A DNA stretch of 64,000 nucleotides from the human T2T-CHM13v2.0 reference genome, Homo sapiens, in the NCBI RefSeq assembly GCF_009914755.1, contig NC_060934.1, one strand, 5' to 3'. Position numbers and translations under genes: made by a program. The notes beneath the pieces are model-generated. The model ran no database searches. It was not told the DNA's origin and was given only the letters and a program-made list of their open reading frames with translations. This document shows positions 29,980 through 42,435 of this stretch, piece by piece (position 1 is the first letter of the stretch; each line of letters starts with the position of its first letter).

Positions 29980-31632
29980 TGGGTCAAGGGGTGGGGGAGT
30001 TAGTGAGCTAATCAGGGAAGGAGGCCCACAGCAAGGGGGCCTCCCCATGAAAAAACAGGCGGGAAGCAAAGGCAGAGTGTGCCCAGCAACCATCTGGGGG
30101 GTTTCCTGGGGAGTCACACCTGGGGAACAAGGACCCTCAAATAAAGCGGGGTGGAAGCTTCCAACCTAGAAAAAACTCTAAAATTGTTTCCATTTCAGAG
30201 ATTTCCCCGTCTGAGAGCTCATGCCTTCATCATCAACACCCAGAAAGCCAAGAACGAGCCCCTTGTGAAAGCTTTATTTAATTTCAAATAACTATCCCTG
30301 CATTGCTGAAACTTAACATAAAATGCAGAAATGACTGCATGCCTGGCATTCTACTTGAACTTAGAGATGTTTTCATTAAAACGCTTCTATTTCATGCTAA
30401 ACACTATGGTTCAGAAACTGACAGTTTTCAAAGAGGTTAGAAAGGAGTTTGGAAACTTCTCTCTCCCCAGCCCCACATAGGTGCCAAACATTTCATTTCA
30501 CCCTTAAGCGAGGAGACACAGCATGACACATTCTGAAAACACACACACCCTCTCTCCTGAGAAGATGGGTGAATGATTTATAAAGTGCTGGCCTCACTTT
30601 GCATTCTGCTTCTGAGCTCCTGGCCTGGCCCCACGCCTTCTCTCTGCACTATGGCAGGCTGCTGCCATGTGGGCCCAGGTCCCTTGGGAGGAACAAGGGG
30701 ACACAGAGGCCGGGACGATGCCTCAGGGGAGCAAAAAGCTGGATCCAGTGGAAGAGAAAGGGTGGACTTGCTGAATGCTTCCTACTGTGAAAATGGGAAA
30801 CTCAGCCAAAGGAGGTGTTTGGGGAGGCTCGGGCTCCCCGACGCCCTGGACCAAGGTCCTCCAGCTGCTTCTGTATTTGCCTCTGCCCTTCTCACCTTCC
30901 TTTCCGCTTCTGCTAGACCCCACTGTCACTTCAGCTGCCTCCTCATCTCCTCTCCCGACCCTTGCAGGGTCCAGTGTACCCTGGAGATCCCCGCAACGGG
31001 GATGGTGCTGAGTAGCCAGTCCTCAAGCCTCAAGATTCCCAGAAATCTGCTCCTTTGGAACCTCCCCTTGGCTCCATCTCAGCCCCTTGAACCCTGACCC
31101 CAGTCATCAACTCCACTGCCCTGTGGGGTCCTCAAATAGGGCCACTGTCTTCCCCTGCCAATCCTCCATCACTTCTGAAGCCTCATCTCCCACAGCGGCT
31201 CCTGAACCTGCCCTGCACCTCCAGGTAATCAGCCCTCTAGCTTGAATTCCTGCCCCACCAGCCTTGAGTCTCACAGTCCCTCACTCCTGACACAGTTTGT
31301 GCCACCAGTGCCACAACGCCCTTGTTCCTGATCTCCTCCAGCTGCAACTGCCACCAACTCCACTGCCCCTGGTGAACATACCACCAAGCGTGCCCAAAAG
31401 AACAGTGACAATTCCACATCTCCAACACCCACAGAGCCCTCTCTGCAACTGGAGAAAGATGCTCTCTGTCCCTTATCTCAATGCAGATCTTACACTCTCT
31501 GAGTTTCCAGACCCGAATCCTGTCACATCCCCTGTCTGCAGAGGACTCCACCTCCTACTTCACCAAGAATGTGAAACCCTCTGGGGTGAAGGCTTGGAAC
31601 AGCCCTGAGCACTGCTCCCCACCTTAACTATA

Positions 31633-31882
31633 TCAGGGTATAGGAGAACTTCCTCCTTTTCAGGTGAGCCCCTGCCCCAGTTTCAGCCCCTCAGGGACCT
31701 GCCCCATTAGCCACCCCCCACCAATTTTCCCTTCACCTGGATCTTCCCCCCAGGTGAGGTCTCAGGGTAAAGGAGACCCTCCTCCTTTCCAGGTGAGCCC
31801 CTGTCCCAGAGTCAGCCCCTCAGGGACCTGCCCCATCAGCCACCCCCCACTAACTTTCCCTCCACCTGGATCTTCCGCCCAG
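31633..31882 (+). repeat. 129-bp tandem duplication (about 2 copies)
   Basis: TCAGGGTA.AGGAGA..TCCTCCTTT.CAGGTGAGCCCCTG... starts at both 31633 and 31762. Confidence 0.9.
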
Positions 31883-32538
31883 CGGAGAAACAGCCAGATT
31901 CCCAAGAAGCAAAGAGAGAAATTCACCTTTCTTGTCCTGGTCTTCCTTCTGACGTTGGCATCTTACCCACTCCTTTCCTTCACCATCAGAATTCTCCAAA
32001 GAAAAGCTGAACGTGGAACTCCTGCTAAGACTTTCCATTGCCAACCAGAAAGCGAGCGTCTCAGGGCTCAGGGCTGAGCCTCCCCGTCCTTGTGCTCTCA
32101 GGCACAGAGCCTGGCTCACAGCAGAAGTTCCATCCATCTTCCTCTCATTAGCCTACCTCCTTCTTATAAAGTCAGCCAACCAGCTAACCTTCCTCAGCCC
32201 TCACCTCACAAACTCATTCATCAAATCGCTGCCCCACTTAAAAGACAAATGCACTGACTTCAAGATATACAGAGAATCATTTTGTCGATTAAAGAGTTAA
32301 AATTGAAAAGATTTGGTTACTTCAAACTGCCTGTATTTAGTCCAAATCATTAGAAGCATCTATTCACCTCAAGCAGAATAATTAACTTTTCAATCATCAC
32401 ATTGGTTATAATGGTTAGCACTCATATATCTAATATACTTTCTGTCATTAGGGAAATAAAAGACTGCTTTTCATTAGTATACTAACATTGCACAAAATTA
32501 TAATGCAGTAGGGAAGGATATTTCATAATTGTGAGAAG

Positions 32539-32626
32539 TATAAATTATTCAATATCATTAAAACAATCTGGTTGTTTTAATGATATTAAATAATTTATAT
32601 TTTTAATGATATTGGATAATTTATAT
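32539..32626. repeat. AT-rich palindrome plus an extra direct copy of one arm
   Basis: 28-bp arms at 32539-32566 and 32572-32599 (1 mismatch); 26-bp repeat at 32601-32626. Confidence 0.9.
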
Positions 32627-33040
32627 TTGTATAAGTTATCGTATTACTTTCAAATAGCATGAATTATTTGGAAAACTAATAAAACTGCGGTTGTAGAACT
32701 TATCATCAACTTGGTTATGAGCTTGTGTCAGGACTGCGGTGGCTGAGCCTCGTGATTTCGCTGCTTCATCTCTCCCATTTGTCTCCCAGGTCTCACAGCA
32801 GCTCCCCTGTGCCCATTTACCATGGCATGCGCCTTGCTGAGTCTAGTAGACCCATGAAGGTATTGGACTCTTCCACTAGACTGAAAGCTCCCTGCAGGCA
32901 GGGCCATTTCTTGCTCACTTTTATATCCCTAGTGCTTATTGTAGAGTGCTTGATAACATCATAGGAATGAATTAGTAGACATCCAGAGAGCATCAGAAAC
33001 AAATAAGATTATGCATGTTCATTTTAAAATTCCAACTACA

Positions 33041-33335
33041 GGGCAAGGCACGATGGCTCATGCCTGCAATCCCAGCACTTTGGGAGGCCGAGGCGGGAGG
33101 ATTACCTGAGGTTAGGAGTTCAAGACCACCTGGCCAACATGGTGAAACCCTGTGTCGACTAAAAATACAAAAATTAGCTGGGCACAGTGATAGGTGCCTG
33201 TAATCCCAGCTACTCAAGAAGCTGAGTATCACTTGAACCTGGGAGGTGGAGGTTGCAGTGAGTCGATATCACTCCTCTGCACTCCAGCCTGGGTGACAGA
33301 GCGAGACTCCATCTAAAAAGTAAAATAAAATAAAA
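33041..33335 (+). mobile_element. AluS
   Basis: Full dimer; near-TSD TAAAAT(T)CCAACTA. Confidence 0.9.
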
Positions 33336-36213
33336 TCCAACTATAAATGTCCTATAAAGGAAAAGTACATTTCTTAAGTGTTTATTATAACTCCAACTGC
33401 TAATCAAGTGTTTCTGTATTTCGATAGCCAGCTAGAAACCACTCTGAACAGCAACATCCATTTGGAAAAATCTACCGGGCTGGCAAGTTCCTCCCTTTCC
33501 GTTTCTAAAACATCACTAACCAAAATGCAACACGCTGTGAGACTAGGGTACGCTCTGCACGCTTAACTAGAAAACTCAAACTCTAATTCCAACTCTGCCA
33601 TGGCTTGTCTTGGTGTGAATTCCACTTCTGCCTGCGACCCTGCAGAACCTGGGAAGCGGCAACAGGCACCAGGGAAGCGTGCAGGATAGTAACCTGCGCA
33701 GACCACCCTCAAGCTGTTTACTGGGCTCTTACACACAGATACTTCTACCAATTTGTCCTCCAGGGGTGTTCCTGTGAGGGAGAAGAGGGGAGGACCAGGC
33801 AGGCGACTGTCCCCAAATCCTCAGACTCATGCAAAGCAGCTTTCTCTGTCTATATTTTCTAAATATTTCCAAGAAAGATTTTATTTGAGAGAAGAATCTA
33901 TACCTAAAAATAAAGCTTGAAAACCACAGTTACAGATAAACCCAAAGACGTGTGGCAGGAAGAGCCACCACTTACTCTGCACTTATTATGTGCTGGGTCA
34001 TTTAAAACCTCATAATTTCATTTTACCCTCACCACGTCTTTATGAGATCGAGAGTAGTTATCCCATTTTTAGAGAACAGGAAACTGAGGGTCACAGAAGA
34101 GAAATCTCAGAACCAGCAAGGGCCTAAAGCCCTGAGCCATCCAGCTCCAGACACCTGTGGCTTCTCAATCTTCTCTTCCCAAACCCCTCCACATTCCCCC
34201 CTTACATGTATAATATAAATAAATGCTCATTCATGTATCATTATAGATCAATTAACTCATTATCATTCCATGTGAATGAGTCTTTGTCAACTCTTTACTT
34301 CATATTGATACCCGTTCATTAAAGAGTTATTTCTCGTGCATCTAATAGGTGCCTGGTCCTGGGTAAGGTCCCGGGAATAATGAGTGCCAAGACATGGATC
34401 TGCCATCAAGGGAATCACAGACTAGTGGGAAGAAATATGAAAACCAAACAACAGAAATATAAAAAAATGATACCATAGCCATCTGTACTGGGAGCAGTGT
34501 GGGGACAGGTCATGGCAAGAGAGAAAGGGAGATGACTACTGCCTTCTTTACTGTTAGTATTTAATGATACTCATTTTTGACGTTTTCTGGACATACTGAG
34601 ATAGAAAAAGGCTCAGATACCAAGATGTATCCTCATCCCATTTCCTCTTCAGTCCTCGTTGGAGACAGTACTATTCCCAGAGATAAGACAAACCAAAACT
34701 CATCAGGTTTCTTTTCATTGTTCCTGGAGAATAATTTGGCTTGAAATACATTTTTTAAAAGTAACTCTTAAAGTAATTCTATCCCTTGCCTTCCCTCTGA
34801 GATGTTCCCATACTGTCTGAGCTGAGGAAAGATACTGTTCCACTGCAATTCCTTGCTTACCCCAACCCTTCTTGTGTTTCTAGCTGAAATGGAATGTGAG
34901 CTTTATACCTACCTTTCACTTATTTTCTAATACAATAATAACCCGACTACTGGGTCTCTAAGGACAGTGGCCAGACAGCTTAACATGCAAGCATTAAGGC
35001 AAAAATCCCCATGGATAATCTCAAACCAGTCTTTTGTTTTAAGTTTCCATTTTTTCTTGAGCAACCCAACTGCCCCCTTAAATTCTTGCCTTTCAGAATA
35101 TCAACAGGGAAAACAATTGTCGTGGTAATAAGCTACTGCTAAAAGCAAAATGCATACCACAGAGCAAAAATCAGCATGTACATACACAAAAGTGACTGAA
35201 AAGCAAGGCAAATAAAATGTGATACACAAAATGGCATAAATGCATAATCAACTGTTGTCAAAATGCACAAATTATTTGAGCTCTGAAAATGTATTCAAAG
35301 AAAAGAATTCAAATGAAGAAAAAGTATGAAAATGTTTTCTCACAATATGATATATGATAATAGAAAATTGGGACAGTGGTGGAGGTGTGGCTGAGTAAAT
35401 TACAGGCCATTAAAAATAATCATTACAAAGCCTGAGTAACAGCATGAAAAATGTTACTGGTATGTCTTTAAGTTAAAAATAAAATAACCGGATATGTAAC
35501 ATTATTGCAATATGGGGGGAAAAATCTGTTCGCATAAGGACCACGGAATCATGCATAATGTTTTAAAATTTTGCTGGATGTTATAATATTGTCTTTACAG
35601 TAAAAAAAAAATTCAGAGTAAAATAGATGATGAGTCACTGCCTGACAATTGTCACTGTATAAGAAAGTCCCCTTTGCAGGGACAATGACAGGTGGTTAAA
35701 TGTAAGCACAGATGCCAGGTCCATCTCACTTATCCCACTTTATTTATTAATGTCGACCTTCCAGAAATTAAAATTAATCTAGTCAGCAAATTAAACTCTG
35801 ATTTTATTTGATTGCCAACAAGTAATCAGTAAATATTGAAAGATGCCAAGACATGAGCTTTGAGAGTGCAGTATAGATGGGAGGGTTGGGGAGGACTGCA
35901 GACGGGAGGGATCTGAGCTCACAAAGATCACAGTTTCCTAATGTTCACGCGTGGGGCATTTGTGATCTTGGCTTCTCAATGTCGGCAGATGTTAGAAGAA
36001 TTTGAAGATTTCTTGTATAAGTTCAGAAAGCACCTGAGGTCCTGCTGACCCTACTGCGCCCCTCCACAAAGCCCCCAAGCTCTGCGTGACCACCGTCCAC
36101 ATGGCTGGAGCCACACAACATCCCTCAGGGATGCAGCTCTACCTCCGTCTCCACAACCAGCCCTGAGCCGCCGCGGTCGACAGGGTGATTTTGTTCATGT
36201 ATTTTTGCTTGCT

Positions 36214-36592
36214 TGTTGTAAAATAAACATAACATAAAATTTATCATTGTAACCATCTTGAACTGTACAGTTTTGTGGTATTAAGTTCATTCACATTGAT
36301 TTGCAACCATCTATCTCCAGAACTTTTCATCAAGCTATACTGAACCTCTGTACCTCTTCAACATTAACTCCCAATTCCCCCTTCCTCCTAGCCCTGGCAA
36401 CACCATTCTAATTTCTGCCTCTGTACATCTGACTGCTCTAGGTCATCATGGAAGTGGAATCATGCAGTGTTTGTCTTTTGTGACTGGTGTATTGCACTCA
36501 GCAGAATGTCCCCAAGCTGTACCCATGTGTAGCATGTGGCAGCATGCCTTCCTCTTTAAGGCTGAATAATATGTTTCACTGTATGCATATGT
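36214..36592 (-). mobile_element. L1MB-type 3' end
   Basis: ACATAACATAAAATTTATCATT...CCCTGGCAACACCATTCTA, an antisense L1M 3' UTR. Confidence 0.75.
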
Positions 36593-37209
36593 CATAAGAC
36601 GGAGGGTTTTCAGGGGCTGCAGCCCATCTCTCCTGTGATTACCATCAGATCACACTTGTCACTGTCCCAGCCTTGGCCCTGAGTGAAATTCTGAGAAATG
36701 AGACCCCTTCTCATTCTCAGGCCTCAAGCTCTGTCATCCTTGACTTTCACTACTTCTCTCGTGATCCTCCATTTAGGAACCTAGATTTCCAGTCCTTCTT
36801 TCCAGGATCTGGACAATCCATGCCCTCTACCCCAGAACTGTGTACTCACTGTTTGTCCAGAGGTCCTGCCTTGGGCTGTGCCCTGGCCACCAGTCAAGAC
36901 ACTAATATCTCGTCCCAGAGCTGCCTAAACCGCCTGGATTTCACTGAGTCTGTGTCTACTCTGCTCTACCTGACAGGCAGATCTTTCTCTCCACTCCTGT
37001 ACAGGGGGAGGGTGTCGTTCTGAAACGCACCATCCCCCCCAGGAGAATGTGTCGACAACGAGCCCAGCCTCCTGTTCATATTCCAATTTTCTCCTCTTCT
37101 ACTGCCCATCACCAAACACCTCTCTGCAACTTCCAGACCTGTGTCTGTCCAGACCCTCAAAAGCTAGACCCAAAACAGGGTCCAGAAAGCATATGTCCAG
37201 GTACACTCA

Positions 37210-37350
<141 letters not shown>

Positions 37351-37982
37351 CTAGAAAGAAAGAAAGCGGTGTTCTTCAAAAAGACTCTTAATTGAAGAAA
37401 ATTAAGACATATCTTTTCCTGAGGCTGAGAGGAAGGGAGGGAGGATAGGAGAAGAAAATGAGGAAGGTGTTAAAGAAAAAAATAATTGTGCCCTGAACTC
37501 CTCATCCTAAATCATAAAAGGGAGTTGCTTAGTATCCACAAGTTGAAAATATTTCAATATACCATGTCCTCTTTTTGCCCAGTGTGAAAGATGAAATTTA
37601 ATGAGTACTCCTACTACTCATTCATCTAGCACACATAAACCATCTCCCACACAGCAGCCCACGCACACCAGGTGCTGGGGACGCAAAGGTGAATCGTTCC
37701 CTCCCAGAACCTCGCCATCTAGGCAGGAAGAAAGATGTGAAAATAGATGAATTAGAACACAGTGGGGCCGGTGCTATTTCAGGAATATGAGCAAACCGCT
37801 GCGGGAGCATTTAAGGACAGAATCACTAACTTAGTGTGGGGCTGATCATAGACAGAAAGCCCCAAGACCAGGGGATACTTGAAGTAGGTGTTGAAGGGTA
37901 AGTTTATCCAGTGAACATTTGTTTGTTAGTGTTTAAGTCATTTGATGTGTTCAGTATCAGCTGCTATTACTACCAAAAATTC

Positions 37983-38113
37983 TTTTTTTTTTTTTCAGAG
38001 ATGGAGTCTTGGTATGTTGCCCAGGCTGGCCTCAGACTCCTGGGTTTAAATGACCCTCCCTCCTCGGCCCTCTGAATAGCTGGGACTACAAGCACACACC
38101 ACCATGCCCTGCT
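37983..38113 (-). mobile_element. FLAM (Alu monomer)
   Basis: Single ~130-bp monomer with poly-T; TSD CCAAAA(A)TTCTTT. Confidence 0.8.
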
Positions 38114-38294
38114 CCAAAATTCTTTTGATCTGAATTTCCAAGATAGGTAAAGTTTTTGCTCTGGAATTTTCTCTATATTATCACCATGTGAAGAGATAAT
38201 TCCCTGACTCCTCGCCTCCCAAAAAGGACATTTGAACCAAGTGAAGCATCCTCGTTTATTAACCCTATTTTTCCATGGCTATTTCACAGAGCTA

Positions 38295-38410
38295 TTTTTT
38301 TTTTTTTTTTTTTTGAGACGGAGTCTCGCTCTGTTGCCCAGGCTGGAGTGCAGTGGCGCCATCTCAGCTCACTGCAAGCTCCGCCTCCCGGGTTCACACC
38401 ATTCTCCTGC
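38295..38410 (-). mobile_element. 5'-truncated AluY
   Basis: Y-diagnostic GCAAGCTCCGCCTCCCGGGTTCAC.CCATTC; flanking repeat AGCTATTT. Confidence 0.85.
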
Positions 38411-39783
38411 AAAGCTATTTCTTATGATCAGATTAAAAAAAAAAAGTCTGAATGATAAAAATGATCAGCCAGCCCATCTTCCCTATCTCTGAGCATTTCA
38501 ACTCAAATTCTGGGGACAGCCTTACTTTTAATTGGCAATGGAAATGTGAAACTAAGAGTCCAGCTATAGGCGTGAACAACTTGGCCAAAGGTTCTGCTGA
38601 GCAAAACTCTATCCATCACTGTACCAGCTAACATAAGCGTTCTATCAGGACAAAACCACAGTACAGTGTTAGACATCTGAGGCTTAGCAGAGAAGAATAG
38701 AACTGCCACATAGCCTGAGACATGTACCCTATAGAATCATGGAAACTGGAAGGAACTGTCCATCAAAGACTACTGAACAGGATTTGAAATTAAATTTAAG
38801 GCTCCTGGTTTTGCCAGCCTGAATATTTTGTTTCTGCTGCCAATCTCAGTTCTTTCTGAGCACACTGGACAGTCAATTAAATGTAGCACAGTGTCAGGGG
38901 AATGGAGAGCTCTTCCCAAAGATGACTCATTGGGAAGTGACAGCCACCTCTGCAAAATCGATTATGAATTTAAAAAGCAAGTGCCTGGGAGAATTCAGTG
39001 AAAGAGGAGGTACCAGCCCCAGAGATGTTACAAAATTATACCATCGTGCAATAAATGATATTCAGATGATGCCTCCGAGAAACCACGAGAAGAATGCATT
39101 CATCTCTTTCTCTTTAATAATGTAGGGAAATCGCTGATAAATTTTGGAGAAATTTCAACTAAAAGTTGGTGAACCAAAAGGTTTGATTCTTTAAAGGGTA
39201 CACTAGTCTTGAAAACGTCACTAACGTAGAATGAATCTACTACAATACCAAAAAAAAACTGAGAATTAATGTAATTTTATAAAGGAAATTAAATTATATG
39301 CATTTTTTTTTACCTTAAAGAAAGCACACCAATGCCCCTAACAGACTCAATTTTGCTTAAGATAAATGTGGGAATTATCAAATCCAACACAAAGAGAAAA
39401 CCTGATACTGTCTAAGGTCAATCTAAGAGGATTTTTCTGTTTCAAGATGATGGGATAAACACATTAGTTTTTCTGTGTTCTTCTCTCAAAAGTCAACCCC
39501 AAGCAAAGAAAGCAAGACACAGAAATACAACTTTGATCTCTGATAAAACCAAAAGACATATGAAAGCCCTAAATTACAATATATGAAGACAGAATCAGAT
39601 GGAGGAATCCTGAATGACTCAGCAAGAGAAGGAAGTGCAAACGTCAAAACAGCACAATAAGAAGCAAGCCACACAGAACCTTAGAAAAGCTGAGAACCTG
39701 GGTTTCAAGATACCTTTGGGAGGTGAGGGTAAGGCAGGACTCAACAGGCAATTGCTTCAAAATGTGTATTAAAAAAACAACTA

Positions 39784-39947
39784 GACTGGGCACAGTGGCT
39801 CACGTCTGTAACCCTAGCTACTCAGGAGGCTGAGGCAGGAGAATCACTTGAACCGGGGGGCAGAGGCTGCAGTGAGCCAAGATTGCACCACTGCACTCTA
39901 GCCTGGGTGACAGAGCAAGACTCAGTCTCAAAAAAAAAAAAAAAAAA
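39784..39947 (+). mobile_element. Monomeric Alu (left-arm start fused to right arm, or FRAM)
   Basis: GTGGCTCACGTCTGTAACCCTAGCTACTCAGG...CTCAAAAA, about 165 bp. Confidence 0.8.
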
Positions 39948-40938
39948 TACAATTAATTCCCCCATATCTCCACCCCCACTCCACAGAGGACCTGAAATTT
40001 TTCTCTGAAAAGAAAGCAAACTGTAGAGACCCTGGATTGGGGATACTAGGCACAGAGGAGGCAGGGGTGCCGTGATGGATGAAAACAGTAACCTCTGGGG
40101 GCATCAGCACACTAAAGAGTGACATGTTCCAGCTCCTTCCCCCAACCAGCTATAGAACACCATGCAGTCAGGTTTATAACAAACAGAAAAAAAAAATGCA
40201 AACTATAATAGAGAACAGAAAAAAGGCTTTAAAAATCTATAATTAATATTTCTAGAAAGGTCTTGATTTCATGAAACAAGAACAGAATACTCTAAAAAAG
40301 GAAAAAGCACTGAACAATAAAGAGCTCTTGGAAATTAAAATGTGAAAGTTGAAATTTTTAAAATGTCAGCAACTTTTAAAATAGAAAGGCTTTCTATTTT
40401 TAAAACAAAAAGGCTAAAAAGATAAAGTTGAAGAAATCTCACAAAAGGAAAACAGTACACAAAAATAGACAACAGGAGAAAAATAAGAAAAGCAGAGGAA
40501 GAAATCCAGAAGAATTTTAGGGGGAAAAAAACGACCAAATAAAAACTGTACTTTCCCAGTTAAGTCTTCAAAACATGTAAGAATCTAGTACACATAATAA
40601 ACTAATATACACACCATGGAATATCATTTTGAAACTTCAAAACATCAGAAATAAAGAAAAGATTCTAAAAGTTTCCAAAGAGGAAACAAGCAGTAAAAGG
40701 AACACACACAAAGAAAGAAAGAGGAATAAGAATGACATCAGAATTCTCAATAGCAGCATCTGAAGCTAGAAGAATGGAGGGATGGTGCTTTCAAAGTTCA
40801 AAAGGGAAAGATTTTTCATCCTAGAATTTTTACACTCAGCCAAACTATCAATCATGATGGCAAAATAAAGACATTTTCAGATTCACAGACTCTCAAAAAA
40901 TCTATTTTTCATACACCATTTCCATGAAGCTACTGAAG

Positions 40939-41452
40939 CAGCAGTCCCCAAACTTTCTGGCACCAGGGACTGGTTTTTCCACCATCTGGGGGTGGGGGAT
41001 GGTTTTGGGATAATTTAAGCATATTATATGTATTGTGCACTTTATTTCTATTATTATTAAATTGTAATATATAATGAAATAAAATTACACAACTTACCAT
41101 AACGTAGAATCAATGGTAGCCTGAGCTCGTTTTCCTGCAACTAGACATTTTCATCTGGAGGTGATGGGAGACAGTGACAGATCATCAGGCATTAGATTCT
41201 CATAAGGAGCGCACAACCCAGATCCCCTATATGCACAGTTCACAGTAGGGTTTGCGCTCCTTTGAGCATCTAATACCACTGCTGATCTTACAGGAGGTGG
41301 AGTTCAGGCCGTAATTTGAGCAATGGGGAGTGGCTGTAAAAACAGGTGAAGCTTTGCTCTCTGGCCTGCCACTCACTTCTTGCTGTGAAAGCCCCGTTCC
41401 TAACCGGCCATAGATTGGTACTGGTCTGTGGACGGGGGACTTGGGGACCCTG
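40939..41452 (-). mobile_element. MER1A (hAT-Charlie)
   Basis: CAGCAGTCCCCAA...TTGGGGACCCTG; degenerate 8-bp TSD TACTGAAG/TACTAGAG; homologous to 7418-7762. Confidence 0.85.
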
Positions 41453-42086
41453 TACTAGAGGATGCACTCCAAAAAAATGAGGCAGAACACTACAGAGAGG
41501 AATATATCAGACCCAGAAATCAAGGGTTCCAACATAGCAGAGAATTATCAGAATGATGGTGAAGAAGACCCAAGACAGTAGACATGTAGGAGACCCAGAG
41601 AGTAGCCCATTCAGAATGCAGCAGGTGAAATGGCTTCTGAAAGAGTATCTAACAGAAACGTAAAACACAAAGCAGGACTAAAAACCACTGAACAGATGTG
41701 GCTGCATAAAAAATGATATTGAAGGTTTTTTTTGTTTGTTTGTTTTTTCAGATCCAGACCTATTGCAGGGTGTGGGGAGAATATGTTCTTAAAAATACAA
41801 GCAGGCCCAGGAAAACAAAAGGTTGTTAAGAAATGATATGAAGTAAATATTTCCTGACTCAAAATTAAAGTATTTCTTGGCTCAGTAAGTAGGAAGCAAA
41901 ATTTTCAGTCATAATAATGAAAACCTTAGATACAGATTTACCCAAAAATTGAGCTACAATTTTATTGGAAAGATGGAAGAGAGGAAAGGGGTGATAAAAA
42001 TGGGTGATAGCCTCATCTTCCAGAATAGGGATCTAAAACATCAAGTCTACATCTATAAATTGATACAGATCAATATGTGCATATTA

Positions 42087-42435
<349 letters not shown>

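Noticed and set aside
33015-33407. Alu-derived ORFs here and at 42084, 44319, 48342, 51435 and 62408
   Set aside because: Standard Alu translation artefacts.
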